This document shows, one piece after another, positions 63,801 through 64,000 of a stretch of DNA of 64,000 nt. Below the pieces are notes generated by a model that saw nothing but the letters and a program-made list of their open reading frames with translations, made no database searches and was not told the DNA's origin. Numbering within the stretch: the first letter of the stretch is position 1; every line of letters begins with the position of its first letter. The stretch lies in the NCBI GenBank assembly GCA_963740635.1, contig CAVUEQ010000001.1, forward strand, positions 465,026 to 529,025, in the 5' to 3' direction. The stretch comes from an uncultured bacterium (GTDB lineage: Bacteria > Patescibacteriota > Saccharimonadia > UBA4664). Made by a program: the position numbers and the translations under genes.

Positions 63801-64000
63801 GGCGCCGGAGGCGGTGATGTCGCCAACGCCCGAGGTTGACAAGCCCCCGGCGCCGCCGGGGTGCGCTGCGGCGGGGGTGTTGGCCGCCGTGCCGCCGGAG
63901 CCGCCGACCGCGCTGGCGCTGGGGCCGGTGCAGGCGTTGCCCGAGTTGGTACCGAAGCAGCTGGAGCTGCCGGTGATGCCGTTGTTGGTGCCGCCCGAGG
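60858..64000 (-). CDS. giant Gly/Ser/Thr/Ala-rich surface (adhesin / fibre-like) protein, 5'-truncated by the window edge
   Basis: Frame is open to the window end (more than 1040 codons). Degenerate repeats of the type ..LTVxNSNGxxVANLxVSGSL... The unique C-terminal ~250 aa are beta-rich (..IFVGLTSR..DYYIYTPPYPNNGTIYWRIDNMT..). Confidence 0.8.
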   Translation of the reverse strand, partial: SGGTNNGITGSSSCFGTNSGNACTGPSASAVGGSGGTAANTPAAAHPGGAGGLSTSGVGDITASGAPGCDSTAATAGLQSGCGGGAGGGIGIATAAAAGNPGTTGGGGSGAGQNTASATSRAGGAGGDGYLKITVYTPAADTSGGSSSETLQDAYNLSSSTEFTVDSTNGGLTVRDSSGGIGGNLLEVQDNSGSTTYLAVTNAGISTSGSVTVASGQTYNVGASTGQSSTVSCSAGQAVTAATFTGGVLTTAPTCASVGAGGGATTALDNLASTAVNANISPDATANNRDLGDSTHLWRTGYFGTSLQAPLLTSASGANLNVQAAGTGALTLTSGSGTIGIAAATLQTTGQASLNFDLNDAATSTLYVKNTNGAHVANLDVSGSLNIASGQHYNINGTPLASTDLSNDASLTHHGDSFNGTSQLVENDSSGHLPALSGQNLTSLNPTNLATGSGAVTLAAASGQNLTLNTGGSGGNTVILGSNVTTLQKAANALTLDLATAGLSTLTVSNSNGSNVANLAVSGSIGVGVGGVYTAGASSGAAATCSGGQFLQDQTVVGGITTGGTCAAASGGDLQDAYDASSSPAAIALASGKDFEIDATDQATDPNILFNLECTTSCSTNGRFAVQSSAADVLTVNPAGSIVAHPVAGQDLTVNLSSGSKFAVSAASAPTEDQLSVDNTGTSGVATDNANGEHISFLGGSAAVEAAGLRIDYTPGGTTGSTWSGLRIAAGAPAASGVSAYGLKLEGPGSSGAGTNTAINIATGWDIGLAIEGGGIELAAQADPAVPAAGHLMTFAKAIAGRVMLKVMGPNGRDYPLQPSLFQNQVAIINAQSAAKNNFFGTNVSYDGTPSTPAATENFGYMTLYATTAASGNDSGISTNSTQFFRGSQVGANGFFFMVRGALPDSTPTTNGARIFVGLTSRTTTQSVGSDNDSGSRAGFSYSSVRGDTDWMFSTKDGSTQNLIDTGLPFVDTSAYDYYIYTPPYPNNGTIYWRIDNMTAGTSQEGSTSANLPAGATAMRGSLGIETESAAISNMMMQRMYIESDR

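Overview
GC-rich bacterial chromosomal segment, densely coded and mostly on the minus strand. I count about 60 protein genes, 4 tRNAs and 1 intact IS element; no rRNA and no CRISPR array. Lineage cannot be fixed without a database search. The gene content (RRM protein, dockerin protein, giant Gly/Thr-rich surface protein, many ATGA-type gene overlaps, yacL-radA-clpC synteny) would fit a Patescibacteria/CPR-like or other Terrabacteria genome; this is inference.

Housekeeping backbone: PIN/TRAM yacL-like, radA, clpC, nusA, pepN, yraN, rnhB, rplS, dnaE, gatC-gatA-X-Y-gatB, fpg/nei, pit, nnrD, ligA, lemA-htpX, and a PadR/pentapeptide/ABC exporter operon.

Observations worth a second look:
1. dnaE is broken by five separate single-nucleotide insertions. 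ligA, a restriction-modification gene and one small gene each carry a further frame disruption. All other long genes are intact.
2. A clearly AT-richer ~5 kb island (41.2-46.1 kb) lies between an HD-hydrolase gene and ligA. It carries a single-chain nuclease-methyltransferase (Type IIG-like) gene, an unassignable 329-aa protein and a two-gene toxin-antitoxin-like cassette. This is the best candidate for an undescribed defence-type system.
3. Two unrelated genes are translationally coupled inside the gatCAB operon: a membrane-anchored protein with an Rx4H motif and a protein with two HxTx motifs (2H-phosphoesterase-like).
4. A promoter / three-hairpin / intrinsic-terminator leader precedes a cupin gene.
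5. An HNH endonuclease gene is wedged between tRNA-Cys and tRNA-Leu.
6. A mobile-looking patch lies next to tRNA-Gly/tRNA-Phe: a DUF5678-like plus retropepsin-like pair, an orphan HicB and an HTH remnant.
7. An IS1595-type element has 8-bp target-site duplications.

All functional calls come from motif and sequence recognition by eye. No searches were run.
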